Assembly (NCBI RefSeq): GCF_006345805.1 | Contig: NC_042999.1 | Span: 116,622,001 to 116,686,000, forward strand | DNA: 64,000 bases | Origin: Octopus sinensis | Taxonomy: Eukaryota | Direction of reading: 5' to 3' | Shown here: positions 1 through 12,814 of the stretch, one piece after another | Position numbering within the stretch: position 1 is the stretch's first letter | How the letters are laid out: each line of letters opens with the position of its first letter | Translations under genes and position numbers: made by a program | Notes under the pieces: model-generated | The model's input: the letters and a program-made list of their open reading frames with translations, nothing else | What the model was told of the DNA's origin: nothing | The model's database searches: none

Positions 1-180
1 CCGGGCAAAATCCTTCGCGTCATTTCGTTCATCTTTACGTTCTGAGCTCAAATTCCGCCGAAGTCAACTTTGCTTTTCATCTTTTCGGGGTCGATACAAT
101 AAGTACCAGTTGCTGGGGTTGATTTCATCGACTTACACGGGCCCCCGAAATTGCTGGCCTTGTGCCAAGATTTGAAACCG
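1..180 (+). mobile_element. SINE family A (tRNA-derived), head cut by the window edge
   Basis: Core GTTCTGAGCTCAAATTCCGCCGAAGTCAACTTTGC...GGGGTCGATACAATAAGTACCAG...GGCCTTGTGCCAAGATTTGAAACC, shared with >12 other copies in the window. Confidence 0.85.
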
Positions 181-1160
181 ATTACTTTCGATATATTGGA
201 TGCGAGTATAATAGGACGGTAGTAAATTGGATCAGAGAATTGTCATTTATTTGTTTAGTATTCCAGCAAGTTGAAGAGTTTATCCATCAAACCACCAATC
301 ATCCCATTGAATCAATGGCCAAACAATAACTATTCAACTATTCAGTTGTCTACAATTTTATTTAACCATTCAGCAATTCACAAGTCAAGCATCATGATCA
401 GTCAGCCAGCTCTCATTCTAATCCTTCAATAGTCAAACACCTTAACCACTTAAAGCTCCTGTGCGGTACATATTGTGTAGCCTAACCTTAATCTTTTGCC
501 TGTCTTACACCTCAGTCACTTGGTAACACGTCTTAACCACTCGGCCATCCCAAAACCTGACACTTTAGCTATTCACCTACCACATATCTTTTTAAAAAAA
601 TAAACACCACAGAAAAATGTTGCTGTGTCCAATACTATACTTCGGGATTTTTCACTTTTATTTATTCATATAACAACTACCTTAGAAACATTGTGTGCCA
701 ATCCTTTACTTAAAAGAAAAAGAAAATAAAAAGCGAGAGAAAAAAAGAAAAATAAGAAAGAAGTATAAATTGTCAGATTACAGCCAAAGGTTTCAGAAGC
801 TCTGTCCTTCATTTGCACAAGCTGTAAAGGATGTTGACTCTTTATTGGCTCTTTACATTTAATGACAGCCTTGACATGACACCAACCTGATTTCAGTCCC
901 CTTTTTTAAGCCTGTTCTCTATTTGCTTACATATTTGTAATTCATTTGGCCTATTTGTTCTTCGAAAGTCTTATTTCTTTTATTTATATTGTTTTTTATT
1001 TATTTATTTTACATCCTCAGATCCCCTTATTCCCGCTTTTCTTCCTCTTTTTCTTTCTGCCTGTTTTTGTTTGTAGATTTTAATACTTCCAACCTCTATC
1101 TTCCACTTTCACTGCTTTTTCGAAATTATATGAGATATCACAAACAGCTGAGTTAGAGAT

Positions 1161-1494
1161 TTCTAAAGACTAAAGACTCCGCCGGTTACGACGACGAGGG
1201 TCCCAGCTGATACGATCAACGGAACAGCTTGCTCGTGAAATTAACGTGCAAATGGCTGAGCATTCCACAGACACGTGTACCCTTAACGTAGTTCTCGGGG
1301 ATAATCAGCGTGACACAGAGAGTGACAAGGCTGACCCTTTGAAATACAAGTACAACTCATTTTTGCCAGCTGAGTGGACTGGAGCAACGTGAAATAAAGT
1401 GTCTTGCTCAAGGACACAACGCGTCGCCGGGAATCGAACTCACAACCTTACGATCATGAGCCGAATGCCCTAACCACTAAGCCACGCGCCCTCA
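1161..1494 (-). mobile_element. SINE family D, full length, perfect 13-bp TSD
   Basis: The minus strand starts with a tRNA-like head (GCGCGTGGCTTAGTGGTTAGGGC A-box; GTTCGATTCCC B-box), followed by a GTGTCCTTGAGCAAGACAC central domain. CTGAGTTAGAGAT flanks both sides (1148-1160 and 1495-1507). Confidence 0.9.
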
Positions 1495-1717
1495 CTGAGT
1501 TAGAGATACATAATACGTAACAGCCAAATTATTTGATGCGATTAAGAGTAACTCTAAGTGGATTCTTGGGTAACTATGATAAATACTATAAGTGTTAAAA
1601 GAGATATGATATATATCACCACAATGAAACAAATAAATGGAGCTGGAATAATATCTGTTACACACTTGAAGTTATAAACAATCATATATTAACGATTTAA
1701 TTAGCATGATTTAATTA

Positions 1718-2103
1718 GGCGCAGGTGTGGCTGAGTGTCAAAGGAGATTGCTTCCCAACCACATGGTTCAGGGTTCAGTGACACTTTGAGTAAGTGTTTT
1801 CTGCTACAGCCTCTGGCCGACCAAAGCCTTGTGAGCGGATTTGGTAAATGGAAACTGAAAGAAGACTGTATGTGTGTGCGCGCGTCTTTGTGTTTGTATT
1901 TGTCCCTCCATCACCGCTTGATAGCCCGTGTTGGTGTGTTGACGTCTCCGTAATTTTGTGGTTCGGAAAAAGAGACCAATACAATAAATACTAGGCTTAA
2001 GAAATAAGTCATGGGGTCGATTTATTCGACTAAAATCCTTCAACGCGGTGCTCCAGCATGGCTGCAGTCAAAAGACTGTGAAACAAGTAAAAGAATAAAA
2101 GAG
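1718..2103 (+). mobile_element. SINE family B (tRNA-derived), near full length
   Basis: Head GGCGCAGGTGTGGCTG...GGTTCAG, body GACCAAAGCCTTGTGAG..GATTTGGTA..GGAAACTGAAAGAAG, tail CCAGCATGGCTGCAGTC...AAACAAGTAAAAGA; matches the copy at 19460. Confidence 0.85.
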
Positions 2104-2968
2104 TGCATAAAACTAGTTTTCTGAGAAAGAATAGTTAAAATCCATTATATCACAGGTACTTATTTGCCATAAATGTTTTTGTACAGAGCGCTTACTATTC
2201 TATCAACACTGTAGCAGCAGAAGTAAAATTTGCCTCGGCGGATTTGATTTCAGCACCTGAAGCTAGGGAGGAAAAAAAGAAGAAAAACTGATGTTTTGTG
2301 TATCACAATGTTTCATATGATGAATCTTCCTTTTTCCCTTCAATAATTATAGTTTTTCCGTTGTCATCGTCTTGTTGTTGTTGTTTTTGTTTAGCCCCTA
2401 GGTTAGACCTATTATCAAAAACATTCCAGCCGTGGCTTTCCCCTCTTTTTCTTTTGCTAGACACAGTGTACGTAATTCAATGTGTTACTGTTTACTAAAG
2501 TGTAAAGTGAGATTTAAGGGAGAATAGGCTACTATGTCTAAAAGAATCGACCGACTGCTCTGTCTATTTCTCTCTCTCTCCTTCTCTCTTTCTTTTTTTT
2601 CTCTCTCTCCCCCTCTTTCGCTCTTCATTGCATTCCTAGAAAGCAGTTGAAAACTTTTAGTAATGTGAAACCGGGGCGCAGGTTTGGTTTCTTATTAGGT
2701 TAATGCACTTCATCTTCCAGCTGTAGACAATAAGCATGATAAGGGATAGGCTTGTAAATATACATGTAGACGGAACCTTCAGTTGTAATCCGAAGACCAA
2801 TCAATTAACGAATAGCTCTAAAAAACCATTGGAGGTTGGGTCGAAACATGAACTCCTTAACATGAAGTATAGTTGTTGTTTAACCTTCAAACTAGTCCTC
2901 AAATTCATTCTAATTGTGACCATGCTGTTCCATGTGTGTGTCGGGCGAGCGGCGGGGGCGTGCGTGCG

Positions 2969-3038
<70 letters not shown>

Positions 3039-3089
3039 CATGCGCGTGTGTGTGCGCGTGTGCGCGCGATGGGGGAGCTTACAATAAAA

Positions 3090-3278
3090 CAGTCCTCCGC
3101 AACTGGTATGCCGCGGCACACTGGTGTGCCTTGAGACGATGCTAAGTGTACCGCATTGTGACCTGAATACAATCCCCCACCCGCTATACTCTTAGTTATA
3201 TTTTTAGTTCAGATGTGCCACCAAATTTTTGAAGAGAATATAAGTGTACCGCAAGTGGAAAAAGGTCGTGGAGTACTG
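3090..3278. mobile_element. hAT-like MITE
   Basis: Terminal inverted repeats CAGTCCTCCGCAAC / CAGTACTCCACGAC (reverse complement), internal GCCGCGGCACACTGGTGTGCC, and degenerate 8-bp flanks CAATAAAA / CTATACAT (5/8). Confidence 0.55.
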
Positions 3279-3489
3279 CTATACATTATCCTTCCTCTTT
3301 CTGAGATGGCAGGGTGTAATCTGAGAGAGATTTGGCTGCAATAGCTCCGTTATTTCTTTGGGCAAAATGCCTCCACCATCTTTAAAGATGAGGTACGGAG
3401 GTGTGAATCAACCTTTAAATATATCTTCTAGATTTGTTTTTCATTATATACAAATTTATAATAAAATGGAAATGGAACACGGAAGCAAT

Positions 3490-3618
3490 TTTATGGGGTC
3501 CATAAAATAAGTACCAGTTGAGTGCTGGGCTCGATGTAATCGACTTAGCTCCTTTCCAGAATTTGTTGGCCTTGTGCCAAAATTTGAAACCATTATTATA
3601 ATCATCAGCATCATCATT
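3490..3618 (+). mobile_element. SINE family A, 3' half with ATT/ATC tail
   Basis: ATAAAATAAGTACCAGTTGAG...GATGTAATCGACTTA...GGCCTTGTGCCAAAATTTGAAACC followed by ATTATTATAATCATCAGCATCATC. Confidence 0.75.
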
Positions 3619-5917
3619 GCACAAGATGCAAATCGCCAGATGTAGATGATCTTCCCTATGGATTCTATGTATTCATGTCAGATTTGTTTCGCGACCTCTT
3701 GACAGACGTTTACCACAACTAGCAACAGAACGGGAGAATTCTCAGTGCCGTTAGTTGGGTATGGTGACACTGCTGAAGAAAGACGCCGACAGTGAGGATA
3801 TACTAGGGATATAAACACAGAGTTTAAGATTTTAGCCGAGGTGTTAGCGAAAAGGTTGGCGCTTGTTGTTGGTAGTCTAAAAGGGGGAGCAAAAACGTGT
3901 GCAATCTCGAACAGGTCTATCCACGACAGCTTCCACTTTATGCGATACATCAAAGAAAAGGCTGGGATTAAAGCTGGCTTCGGTGGGGCTCTGATCAATT
4001 TGGATCAATCAAAAGCATTTAATAAGGTCGATCAACGGTACCTGGAAGCCGTCGTCTAAGCAGCCGGTTTCGGACCCGTTTTCAGAAGCTGGATCACTGC
4101 AATGCACAGCGTCACCTGCTCGGTAGTCAAAGTAAAGGACCATCTATCGGAACCGTTTAGCATCGCACGCTCGGTCCATCAGGGCTGACCGCTGTCACCT
4201 CTTCTGTACGTGATGGCTCTCGAGCCACTGCTGCGGAAGTTGGAACAATTGAGGGGTATCCTTTTCGAACTGAGTCTCAAAAGAGCAGTGTCTGCATACA
4301 CAGACGACATCACCGTCATGGTGTCGGACGCCTCCGAAGTGGAGACGGTCGGCTCCATTCTAGAAGAATATGAGTCGGTTGCAGGGGCTAAAATCAATGC
4401 AAAGTAGTCGGTGGGCTTGCGACTGGGCATCTGGAGAAGCAGATTATTGCCGTCAGACGGCATAATCGGACGCTGGTCTGACGGACCATTTTAAAGTGTT
4501 TGGGGTCAGGTTTGGTCCAGAATTTCCGATGAATTAGATTTTGGACGAGGTGACGAACAGGGTGGCCGGTCTTACCCAGAAATGGACTGAAGGGAAGCTG
4601 TCCTTGAAAGGTTGGACAGAGGTGGCGAATGCCTACATCGCCTCCGTTATCATTTATCGTCTGACCGTTGTGCCTTGCTCCAGTTATTGCTTGATCAAGT
4701 TGGAGCGTGTCTTGTTCATGTTCTTGCGGAAGGGACGCGTTCTAATGGTCAGGCGGCCAACCTGCTGTTAGCTCCCTCTGAGTTGTGGCTTAGGCATCCG
4801 TGGCCTTTGGTGTGCAGACATACGCTAAGGTTGTGCTACCTGCAACGATTTCTAGAAGGTGAACGCGTGTGTCACCGTTTCTGAGGCACGTATTTCCGCA
4901 AATCTTTGGCGGGGTTGCAGTCTTGGGTGAAGGGTAGACCAAGACTGGTCACCTAGCACTTAGGATGTCGTCAGGCACTCACTGTCCTCAACCAGTCGGA
5001 CAATAGCTATTTATAAAGGATTAGTGACGGGAAAGTGCGACGATGTCCTGGGCGTTGACTAAGAAGAACTGACTAGCCTGTTCCGGAGGACTTTCCGGTC
5101 AGGGACTATCACGGATAATTTCCAAATTTGGTTTGGCAGTGCTACCGGGTGTCACTACCGGTTCGAGATAAACTCTGCAGGCACGGATATACTGTCAGAC
5201 GGGTTTTTCCGACGTGCGCGCTGAGCGACGAAACTGTTCTGCATGCACTCGCTCAGTGTCCGCTATTTGCTAACTTATGGAGTTATGTCGAACAGCTGCT
5301 GTCGCGTGTGGGACGGATCCGTCTGCTGTCCAAGTCTATAGTGATAATTTTCCCGCTGCCCTCCATCAATTGGGTAAGCATGGCAGTTTTTATTTGCCTG
5401 GTTGCTGTGGCGAAAGAGTTTGTCTGATTGGCGAGGCTGAAAGGAATGAGGACAGAAACATTCCTCTTTGGTAAAACCCTCATCGACTTTTTCAAGTTTC
5501 ACTTGGAAAGGCAAGTGAGGGTGGAGAGAGAAATGCTGTCCTCGAGTGAATTTATGAAAAGGTGGGTTCAAGTTGCGAAAATGGCAAGAGTGGATGGTAC
5601 CACTCTCGGTGTAGAGCTATTAGTCGGAGGGAAGAAGTTGGAAAGGTATTTGTCCGTGGTATTCAGGATGATCTTGGATGGTGGGTTCCTCAATCATCCC
5701 TAGTGGTCCTCCTGTATCAGGAGCCCCCCAACATCACAATTTTTTTCCTTATTTTTGTATACTATGTATACTTCACTTCTTTTAATGTATACTGTGTATA
5801 CTACTTTTCCTTTTTTTTATCATTCCATTATATCTACCCCCCCACACACACACACATTTTATCTTTGTTTTTGTATTGCCCTCCCTCATCCTTCGCTCTG
5901 GTGGCAAATAAAAGAAA

Positions 5918-5919
<2 letters not shown>
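3619..5919 (+). mobile_element. Tx1/L1-clade LINE relic, copy 1 (5'-truncated RT, C-terminal CCHC, 3' UTR; multiple stops and frameshifts)
   Basis: Fragments translate as KILAEVLAKRL, ALINLDQSKAFNKVD, LEPLLRKLE, SAYTDDITV (YADD box), GAKINA, KLSLKG..EVAN and the zinc knuckle PTCALSDETVLHALAQCP. The copy ends in AATAAAAGAAAT plus (ATT)n. Confidence 0.9.
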
Positions 5920-5965
<46 letters not shown>

Positions 5966-6002
5966 TATTATTATTATTATTATCATCATTATTATTATTA
6001 TT

Positions 6003-6213
6003 CAGTAGTTTTATTTTTATAGCGTGCTTTCACTTCATCACCGAGCGCAGCTCTGTGTGCCTTGGGTATGTGCTGTGATTTGCTGTGATGCTCTGATGGT
6101 TATTGTATGGAAAGTGTTCTGCGTAGGATGTGTGCAGTGCCTAGTAGTGCAATTTTCTGTATGTTATATGTGTTTGTAAGTCCTGGTGTTTTTGTTATGT
6201 ATTTGTCTGAATA

Positions 6214-6216
<3 letters not shown>
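6003..6216 (-). mobile_element. R4/Dong-like non-LTR retrotransposon 3' end, embedded in (AAT)n
   Basis: Minus strand ~6213-6100 reads KYSDKYITKTPGLTNTYNIQKIALLGTAHILRRTLSIQ*, the typical R4/Dong C-terminus (QK.ALLGTA.ILR). A ~100-nt 3' UTR follows, with (AAT)n on both sides (5920-6002 and 6217-6264). Confidence 0.8.
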
Positions 6217-6264
<48 letters not shown>

Positions 6265-6266
6265 CG

Positions 6267-6310
<44 letters not shown>

Positions 6311-6442
6311 AAATTTCACCGAGGTCGACTTTGTCTTTCATCCTTTCTGGGGTCGATAAATTAAGTACCAGTGAAACACTGGGATCGATGTAATTGACTA
6401 GTCTCCTGCTAAATTTCAGGTCTTGTGCCTTTAGTAGAAAAG

Positions 6443-6480
<38 letters not shown>

Positions 6481-6507
6481 CACTATTATTATTATTATTA
6501 TTATTAT

Positions 6508-6566
<59 letters not shown>
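6311..6566 (+). mobile_element. SINE family A, partial, with (ATT)n(AGT)n tail
   Basis: CACCGAGGTCGACTTTGTCTTTCATCC...AAATTTCAGGTCTTGTGCCTTTAGTAGAAAAG followed by (ATT)n and (AGT)n. Confidence 0.8.
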
Positions 6567-8090
6567 TGAAAGTCAGTCACCTATTGGAATCGTTTAGTAT
6601 TTTGCGTTCGGTCCACCAAAGTTGCCCGCTCTCGTCCCTTGTGTATGTATTGACCTTAGAGCCACTCTTACGGAAAATAGAGGCGTTGAGCGGTTTCCCG
6701 TCAGAGCTAGAATGCGAGTGAAACGTGTTGGTATATGCAGATGACGTCACCATAGCACATCAAGACACTCTCCACCGCTCTAATGAATATGAAGCGATGA
6801 CAGGAGTGAAAATTAACCCAGACAAATCGGTAGGCCTGCAACTCGGCACCTGGAGAGGCAGGTCTATGTCGCCCAACAGCGTTGTAGGGCACTGGACAGA
6901 CGGAGCGGTTAAGCTACTCGGAGTTTAGTTCAGTCTCGACCTCCGGGTGGACAAGAACTTGGACGAGGTGACGATAATGGTAGCCAAACTCACTCAGAAA
7001 TGGGCTGAGAGGAAACTGTCCCTGAAAGGTCGGGCGGAGGTGGCGAATACGCCTATCGCATCCGTCATCTATTACTGTCTGACCGTCGTGCCTTGCCCCG
7101 ATTCACGCCTGAACAAGTTGGAGCGTACACTCTTTCGCTTTCTGTGTCAAGCGGTCCATCTGCTGTCAACAGCTGCTGAACGGTGGGCTAGGAATGCCGT
7201 GGTTGCTGATGCGCTGGCATGCACTGAGGCTGCGGCATCTCCAGCGTTTCCTTGAAGGTGAACAGGGGTGGTCGCTTTTCGTCAGACGCGCTTTTCCTCA
7301 ACTCGCCTCCTTAACGGAGCTGCAACCCTGGGTTAAGCTGAGACAGAGGGCGGGTGAATGGTACCATGAGTGCCGACAGGCCCTCTTAGTTCTCTATCAG
7401 TCAGGCAATGCGGTCGGTGGAAATTCTACCTTGGTGTTCTATAACAGGTTAGTGGAGGAGAGGTGCGACGACGTCCTTGGGGAGGCTCTGGGCTTCAATG
7501 AGGAACAACTGGCTGATCTTTTCCGGAGGATTTTCAGGCTGGGGCGTATGGATAACTTCCAGAAATCCACAGGCACAGAAGTGCCGTCAGCCGAGCTACT
7601 CGAGATGTGTGTATAGAGCGATGAAACCGTTTTGCATGCACTAGTCCATTGCCCGACAATTTTTGACGCTAGGGTTTATGTCGAGTACTAGTCGCGTGTC
7701 GCACGAATCCGGTTATCAATCGGGATTATTATTAAGATTGCTCCGCCCCCTTCCTTTGGTCGGGAAGGCTGGGCAGTTTTCATCTACTTGATGGCCATGG
7801 CAAAAAAAGTTGTTTGGTGGAAAAGACTGAAAGGGCTGAAGACGAGCACTTTCCTCTCTGGAGAATTTCTGATCAACTATTTCAGGTCCCACTTGAAGAG
7901 GTGGATCAGAGTGGAGAAGGGGACGCTCCCTTTCAGCCAATCTATTGAAAGGTGGATGAGAGTGGCGTGCATGAGCCTCTGAGTGGAGTAAGAGAGAGAG
8001 GAAGCACTTGCCTACGTGATCAAGGAAACCATGATTGTCTGTGGGGTTTGCACGGTTTTCCTTTGGAAGTCTACACTACACTCCATTGGG
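6567..8090 (+). mobile_element. Tx1/L1-clade LINE relic, copy 2
   Basis: LEPLLRKIE, LVYADDVTI, GVKINPDKSVGLQLGTWRG, RKLSLKGRAEVAN, MPWLLMRWHALRLRHLQRFL; colinear with copy 1. The 3' end is ill-defined. Confidence 0.88.
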
Positions 8091-8639
8091 AAATTGTAAT
8101 TGATTAATTTTTATTGTTCATTTTTGTTATTGCTTCATATGTTTACATATGAACCTAGAACCATGTGGTTGGGACGCAAGTTTCTTACCACACAGCCACG
8201 CCTATAGATATATATGCATACATATACACATATACATGTATACATATACTCGTTGCGCACGCGTAGGTGTGTAGTCAAGATTTATTTATTACTCCCTTTT
8301 TGTATCCAATCATGATTTCTTAAGACGTACACTATTGATAGATTTTTATGTAGAAACTGATTTGTGGCAGAATATTTTTGCGAGTATGTATGTGTGCATG
8401 AGTGTGTGTGTGTGTGAGTGAGTGTGTACGCGCGTGTGTAAACATATAAATACACTAATAACCTAAACTCATACACAATCACATCATACGCATAAAATAC
8501 TAACATAAACAGAAAAATAATGTACAATTAAATTACAAGTCATTTCTCAAAACAAATCATCCTTATGACCTTTTCATTCTATCCCATCAATTTCAACTTT
8601 TATGTTAGTAGAACATCAAAAACGAAAATGTAATTTTAT

Positions 8640-8760
8640 TACAGGCGCTTCCTTAGTTACCAACATTCGAGTTACCAACTTTTAGAGATACGAGCAAACA
8701 TGTGCGTAAAATCAACTTTTGGATGCCAAGCCGGTTCGAAAGTTCAAAACTGTACAGTAG
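8640..8760 (+). mobile_element. Possible Tigger/pogo-like terminal fragment
   Basis: TACAGGCGCTTCCTTAGTTACCAACATTCGAGTTACCAAC resembles Tigger-type termini (TA-CAG....C.GAGTTAC.AAC repeated). No partner end identified. Confidence 0.3.
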
Positions 8761-8929
8761 ATAATATTAGCTACTCATGTTTACCCCGAAAACATAATGC
8801 AATAGTCATTTTCTCTAAAACTTAATGGTCTTATTTGTGGTTATTTTGGAGGTTTTGCAAAATGCCCTTTCCCCACAACATGGCTTTGAAGCGTAAGAAT
8901 GTAATCAGCGGTTATAATAGCTGAAAATT

Positions 8930-9385
8930 TTAACACAAGGCCAGCAATTTTAAGGGAGCGAGTAAGTCGATTACACTGACCTCAGTGATCACCTGGTATT
9001 TATTTTAAGGATGGAAGGCAAAGTCAAACTCGGTGGAATTTGAACTCACAACTTAAAGAGCCAGAAGAAATGCCACTAAGCATTTTGTCCGGCATGCTAA
9101 CGAGTCTGCCAGCTCGCCGCCTTAGTTTGAGATTATAATGACAGTAAGAACCGTCGCACTACTACACTGGAGATGTGACGAGCTGGCAGAATGGTTAGTG
9201 CATTGAATAAAGTGCTTAGTTGCATTTCTTACGGTTCTTAACGTTCTAAGTTCAAAGACCGTCGAGATCGACTTTGTCTTTCATTCTTTCGGAATCGATA
9301 AATAAGCGCCAGTTGAAAACTGGGATCGATGTAATCGACTTACTCCTTTTCTAAAATTACTGGCCCGGTACTGAAATTATAAAGT
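8930..9385. mobile_element. Head-to-head pair of SINE family A copies (8930-9124 minus, ~9172-9385 plus)
   Basis: Both copies carry the GCGAGCTGGCAGA head and the GTCGACTTTG..TTTCAT core, in opposite orientations ~50 bp apart. Confidence 0.8.
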
Positions 9386-10873
9386 AGTATTTCTTTGAAG
9401 AAACCATGATGGACATAATAAAGCGAGGTGAATCAAATGAGAAAACGTTAAACTTAATAGGTGCACATGAAAATAATCTTTATATGGTTAAGACAAATTT
9501 AGAGCACAAAGGGCTTATTGAGCAACATATGCAAGGTTGTGTACAAATAATTTATAGAAGAATTAGTAAGAAACAAGACTGAGGAATGGAAGCAATGGGC
9601 GGTGGGCTTCTGGATGTGTGTAGATAGATGATTAGTACAAGTGCTGCACTATTATCATACGCCTCAATTTAACCAAGCAGAATACTGTAGCTCTCTTTGG
9701 TGGTTTAAAGGTTTAACATGGCAAGTGAAGAAACATTTATAGCTAGCTATGGCTTGTTTCACATATTGCAAGATTACTCAAAATTACACAACAAAAACGA
9801 GTGAGATTTGCCTGATTGACGTGCTGGCGACAACGGTGTTTTCTAAGTTTTTCTAAGAAATGATTGACGATGTGGGGTTATCAGCAGGATCAAGTATTCA
9901 ATGTCGCCAAGACAAGGTAAAATTGGAAACGAATGTCTAATTGCACACGCATTTTCAAAGAAGAGAAGCATGTGTTTTAAGATAGCGAAACATAGATATA
10001 CACTTCAGATTGGTGGAAATGCAAATTTAAATCTTTGTTTGTCTGTCATTCAGGAGACAGCAGGAGCTGTCATCAAAGCTTAACAGTCCATTGAAGTGAA
10101 GTTTAAGTATAAAGAGTGAATAACAAAAGTCATTTTTGAAGATTTATTTTGCTATACTTTCCTACCTGCGGTGGAAAATTACCACTGCAACAAACACCTG
10201 CTCTTTAAGATCGTGCTTGCTCTAAATTTTTCCCTATCTTTCATTTTCGTAGACGATTTCCACACCAACATCAAGGTGGTATACATGTCTCTCAATGCCG
10301 CATTCCTTCTTTACTAGTTCTTTTTTCCACTCCTCTTTGTATGTCTGTATGTATGTGCGTATGTTCGCGTGTGTGTAATGAGCTACAGTAAAAAAAAAAA
10401 TATCTGCTTTTTGGTCTGGTTTCATCACCCACGCCTGACCGCTTCTGACAATTTTATTCTAATCTAGATGCAGGAAGAGACCGGAAATGGTCAATTTTTA
10501 ATACTTAAATGCTAATTCTATCTAACGTTGTACATTATTTCTCTAGTAGTCTAACTAAAGATTAATCATATAAGTTAATTTTGTGTGGTATTTATTTCTA
10601 ATCATCATTCGTGGTGGCAATACACAACTAAATGGTATATGCAGCCCACCGAAGCTTCCTCGGAGTCATTAAACATTTGGAAAATGTTACGTTGTCTGAA
10701 GACTAAAGAACAATTCATCAAGATAATGAGGAAGTAAAATGACAGTCGTTGTATTCAAGTTCTATACATCATTACAGAATCATAATTGATATATTAAACT
10801 GGAAGTACATTTGATATACATTTACTTTATTTGGAAATGTGCAGAGGCCTACAAGATTTTCCTTCGATTAGAA

Positions 10874-11716
10874 TACAGAATGCGGCTAAAACTTCCCACA
10901 CTTTACAGGTTGACAAAAAGGCCATGGTATGTTATTCCAAAAATATTTTTAACAATGTTAACGTGAAATAAATTCAGTTTGCTTCATTTGGTTTTGAAAA
11001 TGATATCCTTCAAACGATGGAATCTGATCACAATACCCTATGGTAGTCGATTTCTGAAGTTTTCTGCGAATTATTTCCGGCGGTTATTTTTGCATTTGTT
11101 TTAAGATGTTTATAGTTTTTAGTTATCAAGTAACCCCAAAGAAAATATTCACAGGGATCGAGGATCAGGCAAGCGTACAGGACATCCCATATCACCACAT
11201 AAGATCAAATGTCCTGGAAACAGTTCTCTTAAAAGTTCTATTGATCTTCGTTTTTTAAGTGATGGCTCTATCCTGTTGAAAGCACAGATCTGAATTTTCA
11301 AGGTCTGTATATTTGGCCTCCAGAAAGTTCCGTAGCAGTTCCATATACCAATTGAATGCTACTGTAATCGCTTGACTTCTTTTCTCAGAACAGCGAGGGC
11401 TCCAAGCAATAAGATTTGCAACAGCACACCACACAATAACTCGTTCATTGCATAGAAGTCCTCCATAAAGTTCTTTAGGGTTGTTCGATTTAGTTCGAAA
11501 TGAATACGAAAAACATTCCGTGTCTCAATTACAAATTCACCATTTTTATGAATGTCTCAACAACACGTTGTACATCAGTCCAAGCCATGATGGTAACAAA
11601 AATAAAGAACGATAAAATATTAAGTGCATAAAGACGTCATCACTACCTGTTTAACTTCACTAATTCCACACCAGTGGGTGTGTAAATTACTGAAGATTTT
11701 TCTCTAGCACTCTGTA
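10874..11716 (-). mobile_element. IS630-Tc1-mariner superfamily transposon relic, internally deleted
   Basis: Minus-strand fragments read MAWTDVQR..ETFIKNG, ERVIVWCAV, LCFQQDRA, ELLRELFPGHLI and DPCEYFLWGYL. Degenerate TIRs TACAGAATGC... / TACAGAGTGC... sit at the two ends. Confidence 0.75.
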
Positions 11717-12226
11717 TAACCTGTTTCTTGCTGTTTTCCATGTTGAGTAGGTCTGATATACGTTTGTCAAAATACGGTTGATAGGAAGGCATTTGTGAAT
11801 TATTGTTATTGTTATGTGTATAGTTTTTGGTTGAAATATATATGAACTACAGAATGCTTTGTTATTTGATAAAAATAATGTGTGTGAGTATACATAAATA
11901 CATACATACATACATACATACATACATACATTCCTTCTTTCCTGAGCGTCCAATAATACTTTATTTGTTCCACATCCTTGCGTTGTTGTTTTTTGTTTTC
12001 TTGTTTGGATTAACTTTATATATATAAAGGGGTTTGTATGATTGTGTATAGAGGGATATATATTATTCAAAGGTATTCCAACTCTGTTTTTTATGTTTTA
12101 TTTATATTCTTTTTTAATATTAATGTAGAATATAGAATATATAGTATATATAGTAAAATGAAATGAAGTATTGATTGTCTTATTGAATAGATGAAATATT
12201 GAATATAAACTATTAAGGGACAAGTA

Positions 12227-12314
<88 letters not shown>

Positions 12315-12434
12315 GTTATATTTGGGATAACCATATTTTTGTCAGTTAAATACACGCACTATATACTTGGTCTTCACTTCAGCATTATTATCATTATTAT
12401 TCTAGTGACCTTTGTCTAAGCTCTTTCGTCACAT

Positions 12435-12755
12435 ATCTTGGGCAAGTATATTTTACTATAGCCTCGGGCTGACTAAAGCCTCGTGGGTGGATTTGGTGGA
12501 CGGAAACTGAACGAAGTACGTCGTATATATGTATATATATTGTGTGTGTGACTGTGTTTGTTCCCCCACCACCACCGACAACGCTTGACAACAGATGATG
12601 GCATGTTTATGCCCTCTTCCCTAAACTTAGCGGGTCGACAAAAGAAACAACTAGAATAAGTGTTAGGTTTATAAAGAATAAGTCATGGGGTCGATTTCTT
12701 CGGCTAAAACTCTTTAAAGACAGTGCTCCAGCATGGCCGCAGTCAAATGACTGAA

Positions 12756-12758
<3 letters not shown>
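12435..12758 (+). mobile_element. SINE family B, 5'-truncated
   Basis: CTTGGGCAAGT...GCCTCGGGCTGACTAAAGCC...CCAGCATGGCCGCAGTCAAATGACTGAAAC. Confidence 0.85.

Positions 12759-12812
<54 letters not shown>

Positions 12813-12814
<2 letters not shown>

Noticed and set aside
1440-1494. tRNA genes (also heads at 19460, 21019, 24587, 61339)
   Set aside because: A/B boxes are present but continue into SINE bodies and tails, with TSDs in some cases; these are tRNA-derived heads, not tRNAs.
9400-10430. Unique-looking stretch with short ORFs (9901-10083, 10234-10428)
   Set aside because: No motif recognised in any frame; possibly an old TE, but not supportable.
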